Notes under the pieces: generated by a model
What the model saw: only the letters and a program-made list of their open reading frames with translations
Database searches by the model: none
Told to the model about the DNA's origin: nothing
From: an uncultured bacterium
GTDB lineage: Bacteria > Actinomycetota > Thermoleophilia > Solirubrobacterales > 70-9
NCBI GenBank assembly: GCA_963740125.1
Contig: CAVUCV010000001.1
Span: 410,286 to 474,285, forward strand
Direction of reading: 5' to 3'
Length of the DNA: 64,000 bases
Made by a program: the position numbers and the translations under genes
In this document: positions 32,331-44,223 of the stretch, piece after piece
Layout of the letters: each line of letters opens with the position of its first letter
Position numbering within the stretch: the first letter of the stretch is position 1

Positions 32331-33434
32331 ATGGCTGAAGTAGGTGCAGAGCCGAAGGTTCCCGCGCTGCGCAAGCGCGCGCTGCAGATGATGCGTGGCC
32401 TGTTCACGCCGCTTCTGCCCGACGATTACCTCGAGCTCATCAACCCGCTCTGGTCTACCCGCGAGCTTCGCGGCCGGATCGAGCGGATCCAGCGCGAGAA
32501 CGACAACGCCGTGACGATCCTGATCCGGCCCGGATTCGAGTGGGAGGGCCACAAGCCGGGCCAGTACCTGCGGGTCGGCGTGGTCGTGGACGGGGTGCAT
32601 CACTGGCGCGCCTACTCGCTCACCTCCGATCCGGACCGGCCCGACGGCTGGATCTCGATCACGCCCGAAGACGGTCGACGAGGGCGTCGTCTCGCCCTTC
32701 TTCAACCAGAAGGCGCGGCCCGGCGACATCGTGCGGCTCGGCGGGGTGGAGGGCACCTTCGTCCTCCCGGATCCGGCGCCCGAGAAGCTCCTGTTCATCT
32801 CTGCCGGGTCGGGGATCACCCCGATCATGAGCATGCTGCGGCACATCGATGCGTCCGGCGAGATTCGCGACGTCCACCACATCCACTCAGCGCGCCGCGA
32901 CGACGGCGTGATCTTCGGCGACACGCTGGAGGAGATCGATCGGAGGAACGACGGCTTCAAGCTCCATCGCCAGGTCGACGGGCTCGGACGGCCGGATCGG
33001 CCCGAAGGACCTCGACGACCTCTGCCCGGACTGGCGCGAGCGCGAGATGTTCCTCTCCGGCCCCGGCGAGATGATCGACGCCTTCGCCGACCACTTCGAA
33101 TCGGACTCCGGATGCCGATCCCGAGAAGCTCCACCTCGAGCGCTTCCAGCCGAAGGGCGGCGGCGGCGAGGAGGGCAAGGGCGGCACGGTCACCTTCCTC
33201 AAGTCGGATTGCGAGACGGAGTGCGACGGGAGCCAGCCGATCCTGGAAGCGGGGGAGGAGGCCGGCCTCGAGCTCGAGCACGGGTGCCGCATGGGCATCT
33301 GCCACACGTGCGTCGGAAAGCTGAAGTCGGGGGAGGTGCGCGACATGCGCACCGGAGAGCTCACGGGAAAGAACGGCGAGATGGTCCGCATCTGCGTGAA
33401 CACCGCCGAGGGCGACGTCGAAATCGAACTATGA
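32331..33434 (+). pseudogene. Ferredoxin-reductase-type oxidoreductase (FAD/NAD-binding plus C-terminal 2Fe-2S), Rv3230c-like; three frame changes (about 32665, 32985, 33110)
   Basis: FAD motif RAYSLTS, NAD motif SAGSGITP and cluster motif CRMGICHTC. Confidence 0.8.
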
Positions 33435-33488
33435 GCGCTTCGCGAGGTACCAGGTACCAAGCACGCGGAAATGCACGAAAGGAAACGC

Positions 33489-34858
33489 ATGACACCCGCA
33501 ACCGCCACTGAAGACGAGATCCAGAGCCCACTCGCGCACCTCAGCGAGGAGCAGATCGAAGAGCTCGCGAAGGAGTTCGACGCGATCCACGACGACGTCT
33601 ATTCGGACCTCGGCGAGCACGACCGCCGCTACATCACGGCGATGATCGAGTTTCATCGCCGCCTCGCCGTCATGTCGCGCGTCGCGCTGCTCGCCGCAGA
33701 CTTCAGGCCCGCCTGGGTCCTCGGAACCGTCACCAACTCGACGGCGAAGATCCTCGAGAACATGGAGATCGGCCACAACGTCATGCATGGCCAGTGGGAC
33801 TGGATGAACGATCCCCAGATCCACTCGTCCACCTGGGACTGGGACACGGCTTCGACCGCCGAGGCGTGGAAGCACTCCCACAACTACGTCCACCACACCT
33901 TCACGAACATCCGCGGCAAGGACAAGGACCTCGGCTACGAGATCATGCGGATCGACCCGCACCAGAAGTGGCACCCGGTCTACCTCTTCCAGCCGCTCTA
34001 CAACCTGGTGCTCATGGCGCCTCTTCGAGTGGGGCGTCGCCTTCCACGACATGGACCTCGAGGCGCTTCGCGCGGGCGAGAAGAGCAAGGAAGACGTCGT
34101 CAACGACCTGAAGGGCATCGGCGGCAAGGCCCGCGACCAGATCGTCAAGGACTACGTCGGCTGGCCCGCGATCTCCGCGCTCGCCGCCGGCGCTGCCGAC
34201 TTCGTCGTCCGCCGCGACAAGGACAAGGCGCTGAAGCGCGCCCGGGACACCTTCAAGAAGGCGGCGGCGGCCAACGCAACAGCGAACGTCGTGCGCAACC
34301 TGTGGTCGCACGCGATCATCTTCTGCGGGCACTTTCCCGATCAGACCTACACCTTCTCGCCAGGAGGAGACCGAGGACGAGAGCCGCGGCGCGTGGTACG
34401 TGCGCCAGCTCACCGGCGCAGCGAACATCGAGGGCGGTCCGTTCTTCCACGTGATGTCGGGCAACCTCGGCTACCAGGTCGAGCACCATCTGTTCCCCGA
34501 CATGCCCTCGAGCCGGTACGCGCAGATCGCGCCGCGGGTCAAGGACATCTGCGAGCGCTACGAGCTGCCCTACAACACGGGGCCCTTCTTCCAGCAGTGG
34601 GGGATGGTGAACCGGACGATCGTGCGCCTCGCATTCCCCGGCGGCGAGCCGCGCCCGAAGCCGGGCCCGTACGTGGGCGGGGAAGGATCCCGACCGCCGA
34701 GCGCAAACGGCGCCAGCCGGAACGGAAGCCCGAACGGCTCGGGATCCGGCAACGGCAAGGTCCGGGATCGCGAGCCTGCGCCCCAGGGAGCCGCGGAGGC
34801 GGGCCCCGAGCAGCCGGACGACGGCGTCAAGGTCGATCCGCCCGAGCGCGAGGGCTGA
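33489..34858 (+). pseudogene. Membrane fatty-acid (acyl-CoA) desaturase, DesA3-like; two frame changes (about 34020, 34365)
   Basis: GAAAGGAAA RBS. The three His boxes are HNVMH, HNYVHH and EHHLF. Confidence 0.85.
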
Positions 34859-34860
34859 GC

Positions 34861-36206
34861 TCAGGCGACCGGAAGCTGCGCGCCGGCGGTCCGCGCCGGC
34901 TGACGGCCTCCTCGCGGCCCGCCGGACCCGGACAGGGGTTCCGTACTTGGGCGCGAGCGTGATGCCCTTGAGGACGACCGGGTCCGGCTCGTCGCGGACC
35001 GTCTCGAGGTCCACGCTCCTGGACGACGCCCCTGATGACCTCGGCCATCTCGGCCTGTGCCAGGGCGGCGCCGATGCAACGGCGGATTCCTCCTCCGAAG
35101 GGCAGCCACGAGTACGAGGCCGTCCCGGCGTCGAGGAAGCGCTCAGGCCTGAACTCACCGGCCCGGGGGTAGAGATCCTCCCGCCGGTGGACGAGCGCGA
35201 TGCCCGGGTAGACGCGGATGCCGGCCGGGAGGTCCCATCCGCAGACGGTGCGTGGCTTCGCGAGCGTGCGCTCCACGGCGTCGATGACCGGCTTGAGGCG
35301 CAGGCTCTCGCTGACCACGGCTTCGAGATAGGCATCGTCGCCCGACGCGAGCTCGTCGCGCAGCCGCGAGGTGACCTGAGGGTGGCGCGCAAGCAGGTCG
35401 AACGCGAACGCGAGACCGGTAGCGGTCGTCTCGTGGCCCGCGGCCAGCATCGTGAAGAGCTCGTCGCGGAGCTCCCGATCCGTCATCGGCTCGCCCCGCT
35501 CGTCGCGGGCGCGAAGAAGGACGGAGAGCACGTCGCCGCGGGACTCGAGGTCCGGGTCGGTCCGGCGGCGGGCGATCTCTTCGAAGAGCAAGGCATCCGC
35601 AGCGGCCAGCCGTCTCCTTAGGCGGCCGCCCGGGCTGAAGCGGCCGAGGTCGGCGCGCATCCGGTCCGGGAGCATGAACAGGTTCCCCATGTCGATCACC
35701 GCGAGCAGCGCGCTGCGCAGGCGCTCGATTCGCGCCCGCTCGGTGACGCCGAAGACCGCGCGGCAGATCACTTCGAACGTGATGGCTCGCATGCGCTCGC
35801 GGATCGGGAACTCGTCACCCGTCCGCCATCCGGCCACCTCCGAGGCCGTTACGTCGCGGATGATCTCCCGGAACGGCTGGACGGCCGAGCCCTGAAAGGG
35901 AGGCAGGAGGAGCTTCCTCTGTCGCAGATGCTCGGGGCCGTCGAGGACGAGCACGGATGCCTCGCCGAGGATGGGGCTGAGCGGCGAGTTCGCCTCGCCC
36001 GCCCTGAGGTCGGACTGATCGCCGGTGAAGAGCTTGCGGATCTCATCGGGGTCGGCGACGTATACGCCCGTGCCGAAGACGAGGAACCTGACCGTGAAGG
36101 CATCGCCGTAGGCCCGATGCCAGCGAAGCAGGGTGTCCATGGGGCGACGGACGAACTGCACGGTTGCGACTGTCGCGGGGACCCGGGGTCCAGGAGGGAG
36201 CGCCAT
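34861..36206 (-). pseudogene. Cytochrome P450; frame changes near the 3' end (about 35010 and about 34900)
   Basis: MALPPGPRVP, I-helix LAAGHETT, ESLRLKP and heme loop FGGGIRRCIGAALA. Confidence 0.85.
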
Positions 36207-36262
36207 GGGGCGCCAGTCTATGAGCGGGCGCGAAAACTGGCCAGCGAGCCAGAGGTTGTCGG

Positions 36263-36291
36263 TTGACGCGCTCAGCCGCCGCACGTAGGTT
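36263..36291 (+). promoter_or_regulatory. Candidate sigma-A-type promoter for the mce cluster: TTGACG-17 bp-TAGGTT
   Basis: TTGACG at 36263-36268 and TAGGTT at 36286-36291. The mce ATG at 36306 is only about 8 nt beyond the predicted start site and has no Shine-Dalgarno. Confidence 0.4.
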
Positions 36292-36305
36292 CGGCTGCCC
36301 GCGGC

Positions 36306-37798
36306 ATGGCACCAGTTGAGACGAACGAGGAAAGGGCTCGCTGGCCATTTGTGCTGGCACTCGTTGCGCTGTCCGCGGTTCTGATCTGGCTCCTTTTCCT
36401 GCGCGGCGGCGACGAGTACACGGTCACCGCCGAGTTCTCGAACGCGAGCCAGCTCGTCGAGGGGAACGAGGTCTCGATCGGCGGCGTCGGAGTCGGCATG
36501 ATCGACCGGATCGACCTAGGCCCGAACGGCGAGGCGCTCGTGACTTTCAGCGTTGACGAAGAGCACGCGCCGCTCCATCGCGGGACCACGGCGACGGTGC
36601 GCTGGCGCTCGCTCTCCAGCCAGGCGGCGCGCGAGGTCCAGCTAACCGTCCCGCCGACGGGCACGGCCGGAGAGGCGATCCCGGACGAGGGCACGCTCGC
36701 CATGTCGGAGACGGTCGGCGAGGTCGACATCGACCAGTTCTTCAACACGCTCGACGACGAGACGGTCAAGGGCCTGAAGAGGGTGATCCAGGGATTCGAG
36801 CGCTCATACGAGGGCGTCGAGCGGAACGCGAACAAGGGCTTTCAATACCTGAACCCGCTGCTCTACCAGTCGCGCCGCACGTTCGCCGAGCTGACCGCCG
36901 ACGACGCGATGCTGGAGCAGTTCCTGGTCAGCGCCTCGAAGTTCTCCGGGGCCCTCGCCGACCGCTCGGACGACGTCTCCCAGCTCGTCGGAAACCTCAA
37001 CCGCATGATGAACGCCATCGGCGACCAGCGCGCCGAGCTGGCCGAGGCGATCAGCCTGTTCCCGGGCTTCCTGCGGAGCGCCAACACCACGTTCGTGAAC
37101 CTCCGCGCGACACTCGACGACGTCGAGCCCCTCGTCGTCGCCACGAAGCCGGTCGCCGAGGAGCTAGACCCGTACCTGACCGAGTTGCAGGGGTTCGCGC
37201 GCGGAGCCGTTCCGACCGTCCGCGACCTGGCGGCGACCGTGCGCCGCCCGGGCAAGGGGAACGACCTCGTCGAGCTTCAGAAGCTTCAGCCGCGCGTGAC
37301 CGCCAGGGCGGTCGGCGAAGGCTCGCCCGACTGCGGGCCGCATACCGGCGAGCGCGCTGACGTGCTGGTCGCCGCCGACGACGACTACGACCAGGGCGCC
37401 TTCGGCGAGGCGGTCTGCTCGCCTGCGAAACGGCGACGAGAACCTGGCGTTCTTCCGTGCCTACGCGCCCCGAGCTCGTCTCGTGGTTCGACGGCTTCAG
37501 CCACTCGGGCTACGGTGACGCGCTCGGCGCGGTCGGGCGCGTCTCCCTGACCGCGAACACGTTCGCGCCCTCCGTGCCCGGGCTGCCGGCGATTCCCAAC
37601 CTCGCCGATCTCGACACGCCCGCGGAGCAGCTCGACGCGCTCACCACGGGCCACGACCAGCGCTGCCCGGGATCCGCGGAGCGGCCCGTCACTGACCTCG
37701 AGCCCGGCGACGACTCCATCCCCTTCACCGACGACGGCGCGCTGACCGACGGCGACGGCGGCGACTGCGAACCCGACCAGATCATCCCCGGCCCATGA
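36306..37798 (+). pseudogene. MCE-family protein 1 of 6 (MlaD domain); one frame change near 37425
   Basis: N-terminal TM, then YTVTAEFSNASQLVEGNEVSIGGVGVGMIDRIDL (MlaD/Mce core). The tail LAFFRAYAPELVSWFDGF... is in the next frame. The TGA overlaps the next ATG. Confidence 0.85.
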
Positions 37799-39518
37799 GA
37801 AGGATCGTCGCAATCCCGCTTCGCGCTCGCGGCCCTCTGGGCGGGGTGGTCGGCGGTCGCGTCGGCCGAGGACGAGACGCGCACCTACGAGATCGAGATG
37901 TACAACGCGTTCGGCATCGTCGAGCAGTCGGAGGTTCGCGTGTCGGGCGTGAACGTCGGCGAGGTCGCGGTCGCTGGACGTCAACGAGGACAAGCGCGCG
38001 GTTGTGACCGTGGAGGTCTCCGACGAGCTCGCCGTCTTCGGAGACGAGACGACCTGCTCGTCCGAGCCTCAATCGCTCATCGCGGAGTACTTCATCGACT
38101 GCCGGCCCGCGGGCGGCCGCTGGAGGACGGGGGCATGATCCCCGCCTCCCGCGTCTCCCAGACCGTTCAGCCGGACCTCGTGCAGAACACGATGCGCGAG
38201 CCGTTCAAGCAGCGGTTCCGCCTGCTCATCAACGAGTTCGGAACCGGCCTGTCGGGCAACTCGGAGGCCCTGAACGAGGCGATCCGGCTGGGCGCGCCCG
38301 CCCTCACCGACCTCAAGGAGGTCACGGAGACCCTGCGCAGCCAGCGCGAGCGACGATCCGGCAGCTGAACGAGGACTCGAGCCAGACCATCGGCGAGCTC
38401 GCGAAGCGGCGCGAGGAGATCGTCGACTTCGTCGACGAGGCCGAGGACACCGCGGCGATCTCGGCGCGCGCGCCGCGACGACGTCTCGACCAACTTCAGC
38501 CTCCTCGACGACTTCCTGGGCGAGCTCCGGCCCAGCCTGGTGCAGCTGGACCGCCTGGCCCGCGCGCAGACGCCGCTCCTCAACAACCTGCGCGGGGCCG
38601 CGCCGCATCTCGCGCGCCTGTCGGGCAACCTGCCGGCCTTCAACCGCAACTCCGAGGACGCGCTCAGGACGCTCGGCAAGGCCGGGGTCGTGGGCAAGCG
38701 GGCGCTCCAGAGCGGCGCCGACGAGATCGAGCTCCTCGCCGAGGCCGGACGCAAGGCGACTCCCACCCTGGAGCCGCTCGGGGACTTCCTCACCGACATC
38801 GACGACCCCCGCCGGGCCGTCGAGATCGACGAGCGCGCGGGCGAGGACACCGGCCGCACCGGCCTCGAGCCCGGGAGGCGGAACACGATGGGCTACACGG
38901 GCCTCGAGGGCCTCCTCAACTACGTGCGCAACCAGACGCTCGCGATCAACCAGTTCGACGGCGTGAGCCACCTCTTCCGCTTCGGCATCTACGAGGCGAA
39001 CACGGGCCTTTGCGGCTCGTTCTCCTCCGGGCGCGACCCGGATACGGGCGAGATCGGCGTCCCGGCGCAGGCCGGCGGGACGACGACGAGCATGCTCGAC
39101 GCCGCGGACTGCATCGCCTGGCTCGGAGCCAACCAGGGTGGCATCGCGCCTGGCCATCAGGACGAGGACCTCGGGCTGCCCCAGTACCACCCGTCGGCCT
39201 GCCCGAACGGGACGCTCCCCATGGACGCCGCCACGCGCTACTGCGACGGCGTCGCCCGCCGCGACGGCGACGGCGACGGCCGGGATGGCGGAGGAGGCCC
39301 CGACCGCAAGCGCGGTCGCCCGGCCGGCGACACCGACGCCCGAGCCTCCTTCGTTGCCCGACCCGGGGCAGGGCCTGCCCGACGGCCTCGACCTGCCGGG
39401 CATCGACGACGTCGCTCCGATCTCCCGCGGCGGCGGTGGGCTTGGCGGCTCAGGCGGTGGCGGCGGCGGCTCCCAGGAGGCGACCGACGACCTCCTCGAC
39501 TTCCTCTTCAAGCCATGA
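37795..39518 (+). pseudogene. MCE-family protein 2 of 6; about six frame changes; Pro/Gly-rich C-terminal tail
   Basis: YEIEMYNAFGIVEQSEVRVSGVNVGEV, SLIAEYFIDC, VQPDLVQNTMREPFKQRFRLLINEFG and LDRLARAQTPLLNNLRGAAPHL, ending ...GGGGLGGSGGGGGGSQEATDDLLDFLFKP*. Confidence 0.8.
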
Positions 39519-41198
39519 GACGCAACGCCACATCCGTGCTCGCGGCATCGCCCACGATGGTCGGCGCGGTGACGGTCCTGGTCGCGATCGTCGCCGTCTT
39601 CCTGGCTTACAACGCCAACAAGGGCCTGCCGTTCGTGCCGGTCTACCGCGTCTCCGTAGAGATCCCGAACGGCGCCCGCGCCACCAACGCGAACGAGATC
39701 CGGATCGGCGGAACCCGGGTCGGCGTGATCGAGTCGATCGAGCCGATCGTGGACTCCTCCGGGGGCCAGACGGTTTCCGTCGACTCGGGCTCAGAGGAGC
39801 TGCCACAGGTGGCGGCCAGGCTCAACCTGAAGCTCGACGAGGCGGCCAAGCCGCTGCCTGTGGACTCCGTTTTCCGGGTCCGCTACCGCTCGGCCTTCGG
39901 GCTCAAGTACCTCGAGGTCGTTCGCGGGACCGGGGAGCCCGCCGAGGAGGGATACATCTTCGACGGGCTCGACGACGGCGCGGTGTGCGATCTGCCGACC
40001 GAGGAGGACGGCCAGTTCGCCGCGGACAGGGACCCCGCGGCCGCCAACGGCTGCTTCCAGGCACAGGACGAGTTCGACGACCTCGGCAACACGTACGACC
40101 GCAAGACGCGGATGGCCCAGCGCGACAACCTCGAGGGGTTCGGCAGCGCCTTTGCCGGCCGCGGCCTCAGCCTGAACGACACGATTCAGGAGCTCGGCCC
40201 TCTGATGCGCTACCTCGGCCCGGTCGCGCGGAACCTGTCCGACCCGGAGACGCGGTTCAACCGCCTGTTCCCGGCGCTCGCGCGCACCGCGAGCCTGGTC
40301 CAGCCCGTCGCCAGCCTCCAGGCGGAGCAGTTCGCCTTCGCGGCGCGCGCGTTCGAGGCGATCTCGCGCGACCCCGACGCGTACGCGACCGTGATCGAGC
40401 AGGGGCCGGAGACGCTCCGGACGGCGATCTCGCTCCTGCCGGCGCAGCGCGAGTTCAACCGCAAGTTCGCTGACCTCGCGATCGAGCTCAACCCCGGCAT
40501 CGAGGACCTCCGGACCGCCGCCCCGGCCCTCAACGAGGCGGTCGAGGTCGGCACGCCGGTGCTGGGCGACCAGCCACCGGTCAACCGCCGGCTCAGGAGC
40601 GCCCTGCGGGGCCCTCAACCGGCTCGTCCGGCAGCCGTCGACCCGGATCACGCTGATGCACCTGCGCGAGACGTTCGACGAGGCGACCCCGCTCGCCCGC
40701 CACGTCGTTCCCGCGCAGACGGTGTGCAACTACTGGAACTACTGGTTCACGTACTTCCCGAACGCGCTGTCCGACGAGGAGCCGCTCCTCGGCAACGCCT
40801 TCCGCCAGACGCTCACGCGCTTCCCCGCCGCGCAGACGGTGGAGACGCCGCTCGGCGGCTACTCGGGCCTGCCCGCGAACGGCAAGTCCGGCCCGGCGGA
40901 CCCGGACGGCAACGGCATGTTCAAGCCATACGAGCTGCCTCTCTTCAACTCCCACCCCTACGCGCCGACGGGCCAGGTCGGAAGCGACCGCGACTGCCAG
41001 CCCGGGCAGACCGGATACCCGCTCGGCTTCCAGGGCGTGCCCGGGCAGCCGCTCTCGGACCCGGCGAATCGCGCCTCTGACCTGCCCGGCTCCCGTGGAG
41101 TCACCACGCTCTTTTGGAACGCGGACGGCGAGCGTCAGATCGTCGATACCACGAACCCCAGCCGCGCCCCCGAGACGTGGGAGGGGAACCGGCCATGA
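39515..41198 (+). pseudogene. MCE-family protein 3 of 6; one frame change near 40615
   Basis: ATGA overlap. TM, then YRVSVEIPNGARATNANEIRIGGTRVGVIESIE. The C-terminus TVCNYWNYWFTYFPNA... is in the next frame. Confidence 0.85.
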
Positions 41199-42898
41199 GG
41201 GCACCCCGCCGCGAACGCCTGCCCAACTGGTTCATCGGCCTCTTCCTGGTGGTCGCGATCGCGATCGGCTCGATCATCGCCTACACGAAGGAGCTCCCAT
41301 GGGCCGACCACTACGAGGTGACGGCGATCTTCGAATCGGGCCAGAAGCTCCGGCCCTCGAACCCGGTCCGGATCGCGGGTGTGAACGTCGGCGAGGTGAC
41401 CTCGGTCGAGCTCCTCGGCGAGGACGAGACGGACGCAACCGTTGCGACCACCGCGGACGCGCTCGACTCGCCGGAAGGTGGGGGCGTCGCCGTGACCATG
41501 GCGCTCGACGAGGACGCGCTGCCACTCCACGAGGACGCGCTCTTCAAGGTGCGCCCGCGCCTCTTCCTGGAGGGCAACTACTTCATCGACGTTCAGCCCG
41601 GCAGCCCCTCGGCGCCGGTCGTCGCGGAAGACCACACCTTCCCGGTCAACCGGACCTCCTACTCGGTCCAGCTCGACCAGGTCCTGACGACGCTCCAGTA
41701 CGACGTGCGCCAGAACCTCCAGACGCTGCTCCAGGAGTTCGGCTCGGCGCTCTCGGTGCACGGCGGGGCCGACGGGCTCCGGAAGCTCAACCAGGCCGGC
41801 CCGAACCTCCAGTACTCGGCGCAGGTGGCCGAGGCGACGCGCGGCACGCAGGACGGAGACCTGAGCGGGATGATCTCGGGGCTCTCGAAGGTCCTCGGAG
41901 GGCTCTCGAAGAGCGAGTCCGACCTGCGCGAGCTGGTCACGAACTTCCGGATCTTCACCGGCTCGTTCGCCGCCGAGAGCGCAGCGCTCGGCCGTGCGGT
42001 CGAGCAGCTTCCCGAGACGCTTCGCGCTGCCCAGCCCGTCTTCGACAACCTGAACGCATCCTTCCCGTTCGTGCGCGCGTTCGCGCGCGAGGCGCTGCCG
42101 GGTGTCAGGACCTCGCCGGAGAGCCTCAGGGCGTCGCGCCCCTTCATCGAGCAACTCCGCCTGCTCACCTCGCCGCCCGAGCTTCAGGGCCTCGTCGCGG
42201 ACCTGCGTCCCACGGTGCCGCGCCTGTGGACGCTGGGCCGCGAGAACATCGACCTCTTCAAGGAGACCCGCGCCTTCTCGTCCTGCTTCAACGAGGTCGT
42301 CGTCCCCTGGTCGAAGGACGAGGTCCAGCCGGTCGACCCGGGGAACGTCTACCCGCACGACGCCAACGGCGCGCAGGTGTTCGAGGAGGGCCCGTACGGG
42401 ATCACCGGAACGGCGGTCGAGAGCCGCTCCGGTGACGCGAACGGCCAGAACCTCCGGGTCCTCGGCGGCTCGGGAGCGAATCTGGTGCGCTCGAACATCG
42501 GCGGGCTGGGCGACGTGGTCGCACTCACGCCGTTCGAGCTGCTCGGGGCGATGCCGGCGCTGAGCGACTCCGCCAAGACGCCGTTCCGGCCGAACGGGAA
42601 CTGCGAGACCCAGGAGCCGCCGAGCCTGGAGGGTGGCCTGGGGTCGCCGCCTGCCGATCAGACCCCGGTCTCCCGCAGCATGCAGGGCATCGGAGCGCTC
42701 GAAGGGCGCGGCGCCGACCGCTTCCGCTCGATGGTGGACCTGGTGAACGGCCTCTCCGAGGTCTCGAGCCTCACCGACTCGGGCGATCGGAGCGCCGCGC
42801 GCGGCGCCGTCAGGGACATCGATCGCGCCCAGGCGTTCCTGGACGAGATCGGCCTGGCGACGGACCTCGAGCGGGCGCTGGGGGTGGAGGGCCGATGA
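41195..42898 (+). CDS. MCE-family protein 4 of 6, intact
   Basis: ATGA overlap. 567 uninterrupted codons. TM, then YEVTAIFESGQKLRPSNPVRIAGVNVGEVTSVEL. Confidence 0.9.
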   Translation: MRAPRRERLPNWFIGLFLVVAIAIGSIIAYTKELPWADHYEVTAIFESGQKLRPSNPVRIAGVNVGEVTSVELLGEDETDATVATTADALDSPEGGGVAVTMALDEDALPLHEDALFKVRPRLFLEGNYFIDVQPGSPSAPVVAEDHTFPVNRTSYSVQLDQVLTTLQYDVRQNLQTLLQEFGSALSVHGGADGLRKLNQAGPNLQYSAQVAEATRGTQDGDLSGMISGLSKVLGGLSKSESDLRELVTNFRIFTGSFAAESAALGRAVEQLPETLRAAQPVFDNLNASFPFVRAFAREALPGVRTSPESLRASRPFIEQLRLLTSPPELQGLVADLRPTVPRLWTLGRENIDLFKETRAFSSCFNEVVVPWSKDEVQPVDPGNVYPHDANGAQVFEEGPYGITGTAVESRSGDANGQNLRVLGGSGANLVRSNIGGLGDVVALTPFELLGAMPALSDSAKTPFRPNGNCETQEPPSLEGGLGSPPADQTPVSRSMQGIGALEGRGADRFRSMVDLVNGLSEVSSLTDSGDRSAARGAVRDIDRAQAFLDEIGLATDLERALGVEGR

Positions 42899-44220
42899 AG
42901 AGGGTCATCCGCGACCACCTGCGCGACTTCCTGGCGATCCTCGCCCTGGCGATCTTCGCAACCGGGATCTCGTACTACATCTTCCAGGAGCAGCGCCTGC
43001 GGATCCCGATCCTGGAGGAGAAGCCCTTCGAGCTCAAGGCGGAGTTCCGGACCGCTCAGGCGGTCGTCCCCGGACAGGGGCAGACGGTCCGCGTTGCCGG
43101 CGTCGACGTCGGCGAGGTGAGCGAGGTCGAGCTGGTGGACGGGCGCGGCGTCATCACGTTCGACGTCGAGCGCAAGTACCTGCCGATCTACCGGGACGCC
43201 ACGATGCTCATGCGGCCGACCACCGGGCTGAAGGACATGTTCTTCGACCTCGACCCCGGCTCGAGCGAGTCGGGGGAGTACGACGAGGGCGAGATCATCC
43301 CGATGACCAACACCCTCCCGGACGTGAACCTCGACGAGATCCTCGAGGCGCTCGACTCGGACACGCAGGCCTACCTGCGCATGCTCCTGGTCGGTGCCGG
43401 GGAAGGGCTCGACGGGAACGGGCAGAAGCTCGGCCGCCTGCTGGGGAACCTGGGGCCGATCCAGGACGATCTCTCGACCCTCAACCAGGAGGTCGCCAAG
43501 CGCCGCGCGGAGCTGTCCTCGATGGTCCACTCGTTCAACCTCCTGATGACCCGCGTCGGCCAGGTCGAGTCGGAGCTGACCAACCTCGTCTCCTCCTCGC
43601 GCCGGGCGCTCGGCGCGATCGCGGAGCGCGACCCCGACGTGCAGCGCTTCGTGGCCAGGCTGCCCGGCACGCTGGAGCAGGCGGAGACGACGCTGGACAA
43701 CCTCGCCGAGTTCTCGGCGATCCTGGGGCCGACCTTCAACTCGCTGCGTCCCTTCGCCCGCAACCTGCCGGAGCTGAACGAGTCGAACATCCAGCTCGCC
43801 GAGAGCTCGACTCCCGTCGTGCGGGACCAGATCCGCCCGTTCGTGCGCTCGGCGCGCGAGCCGATCCCCGACCTCCGGAAGGCGGCGACCCGCTTCGGCG
43901 AGTCGACGCCGCACCTGCGCACCTCGTTCTCGAAGCTCAACCGCCTGGCGAACATGGCGGCCTTCAACCCGGGCGGCGCGGAGCCGTCCGGCGCGGCCGG
44001 GCGCGACGAGGGCTACCTCTACTGGGTGGCCTGGCTCGGCCACAACACCGCGAGCCTCTATTCGGCCGGCGACGGCAACGGCTACTACCGGCGCATCTAC
44101 CTGTCCATGGGCTGCGAGCAGCTGAACGACCTGGTCTCGGACCCGAACCCCGTGACCCAGCAGCTGACCCAGCTCGTGACGGGCTTCACCAACGCGGTGC
44201 TCGCCGAGGCCTGCCCCTAG
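42895..44220 (+). CDS. MCE-family protein 5 of 6, intact
   Basis: ATGA overlap. 441 codons. TM, then FELKAEFRTAQAVVPGQGQTVRVAGVDVGEVSEVEL. Confidence 0.9.
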   Translation: MKRVIRDHLRDFLAILALAIFATGISYYIFQEQRLRIPILEEKPFELKAEFRTAQAVVPGQGQTVRVAGVDVGEVSEVELVDGRGVITFDVERKYLPIYRDATMLMRPTTGLKDMFFDLDPGSSESGEYDEGEIIPMTNTLPDVNLDEILEALDSDTQAYLRMLLVGAGEGLDGNGQKLGRLLGNLGPIQDDLSTLNQEVAKRRAELSSMVHSFNLLMTRVGQVESELTNLVSSSRRALGAIAERDPDVQRFVARLPGTLEQAETTLDNLAEFSAILGPTFNSLRPFARNLPELNESNIQLAESSTPVVRDQIRPFVRSAREPIPDLRKAATRFGESTPHLRTSFSKLNRLANMAAFNPGGAEPSGAAGRDEGYLYWVAWLGHNTASLYSAGDGNGYYRRIYLSMGCEQLNDLVSDPNPVTQQLTQLVTGFTNAVLAEACP

Positions 44221-44223
44221 ACC

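Noticed and set aside
39427-39472. Short tandem nucleotide repeats (the ggc/ggt run here; the ggcttg run at 54541-54572)
   Set aside because: They are in-frame low-complexity linkers: a poly-Gly tail of mce-2 and a KPKPKPK tail of the Rv1683-like gene. They are not independent repeat elements.
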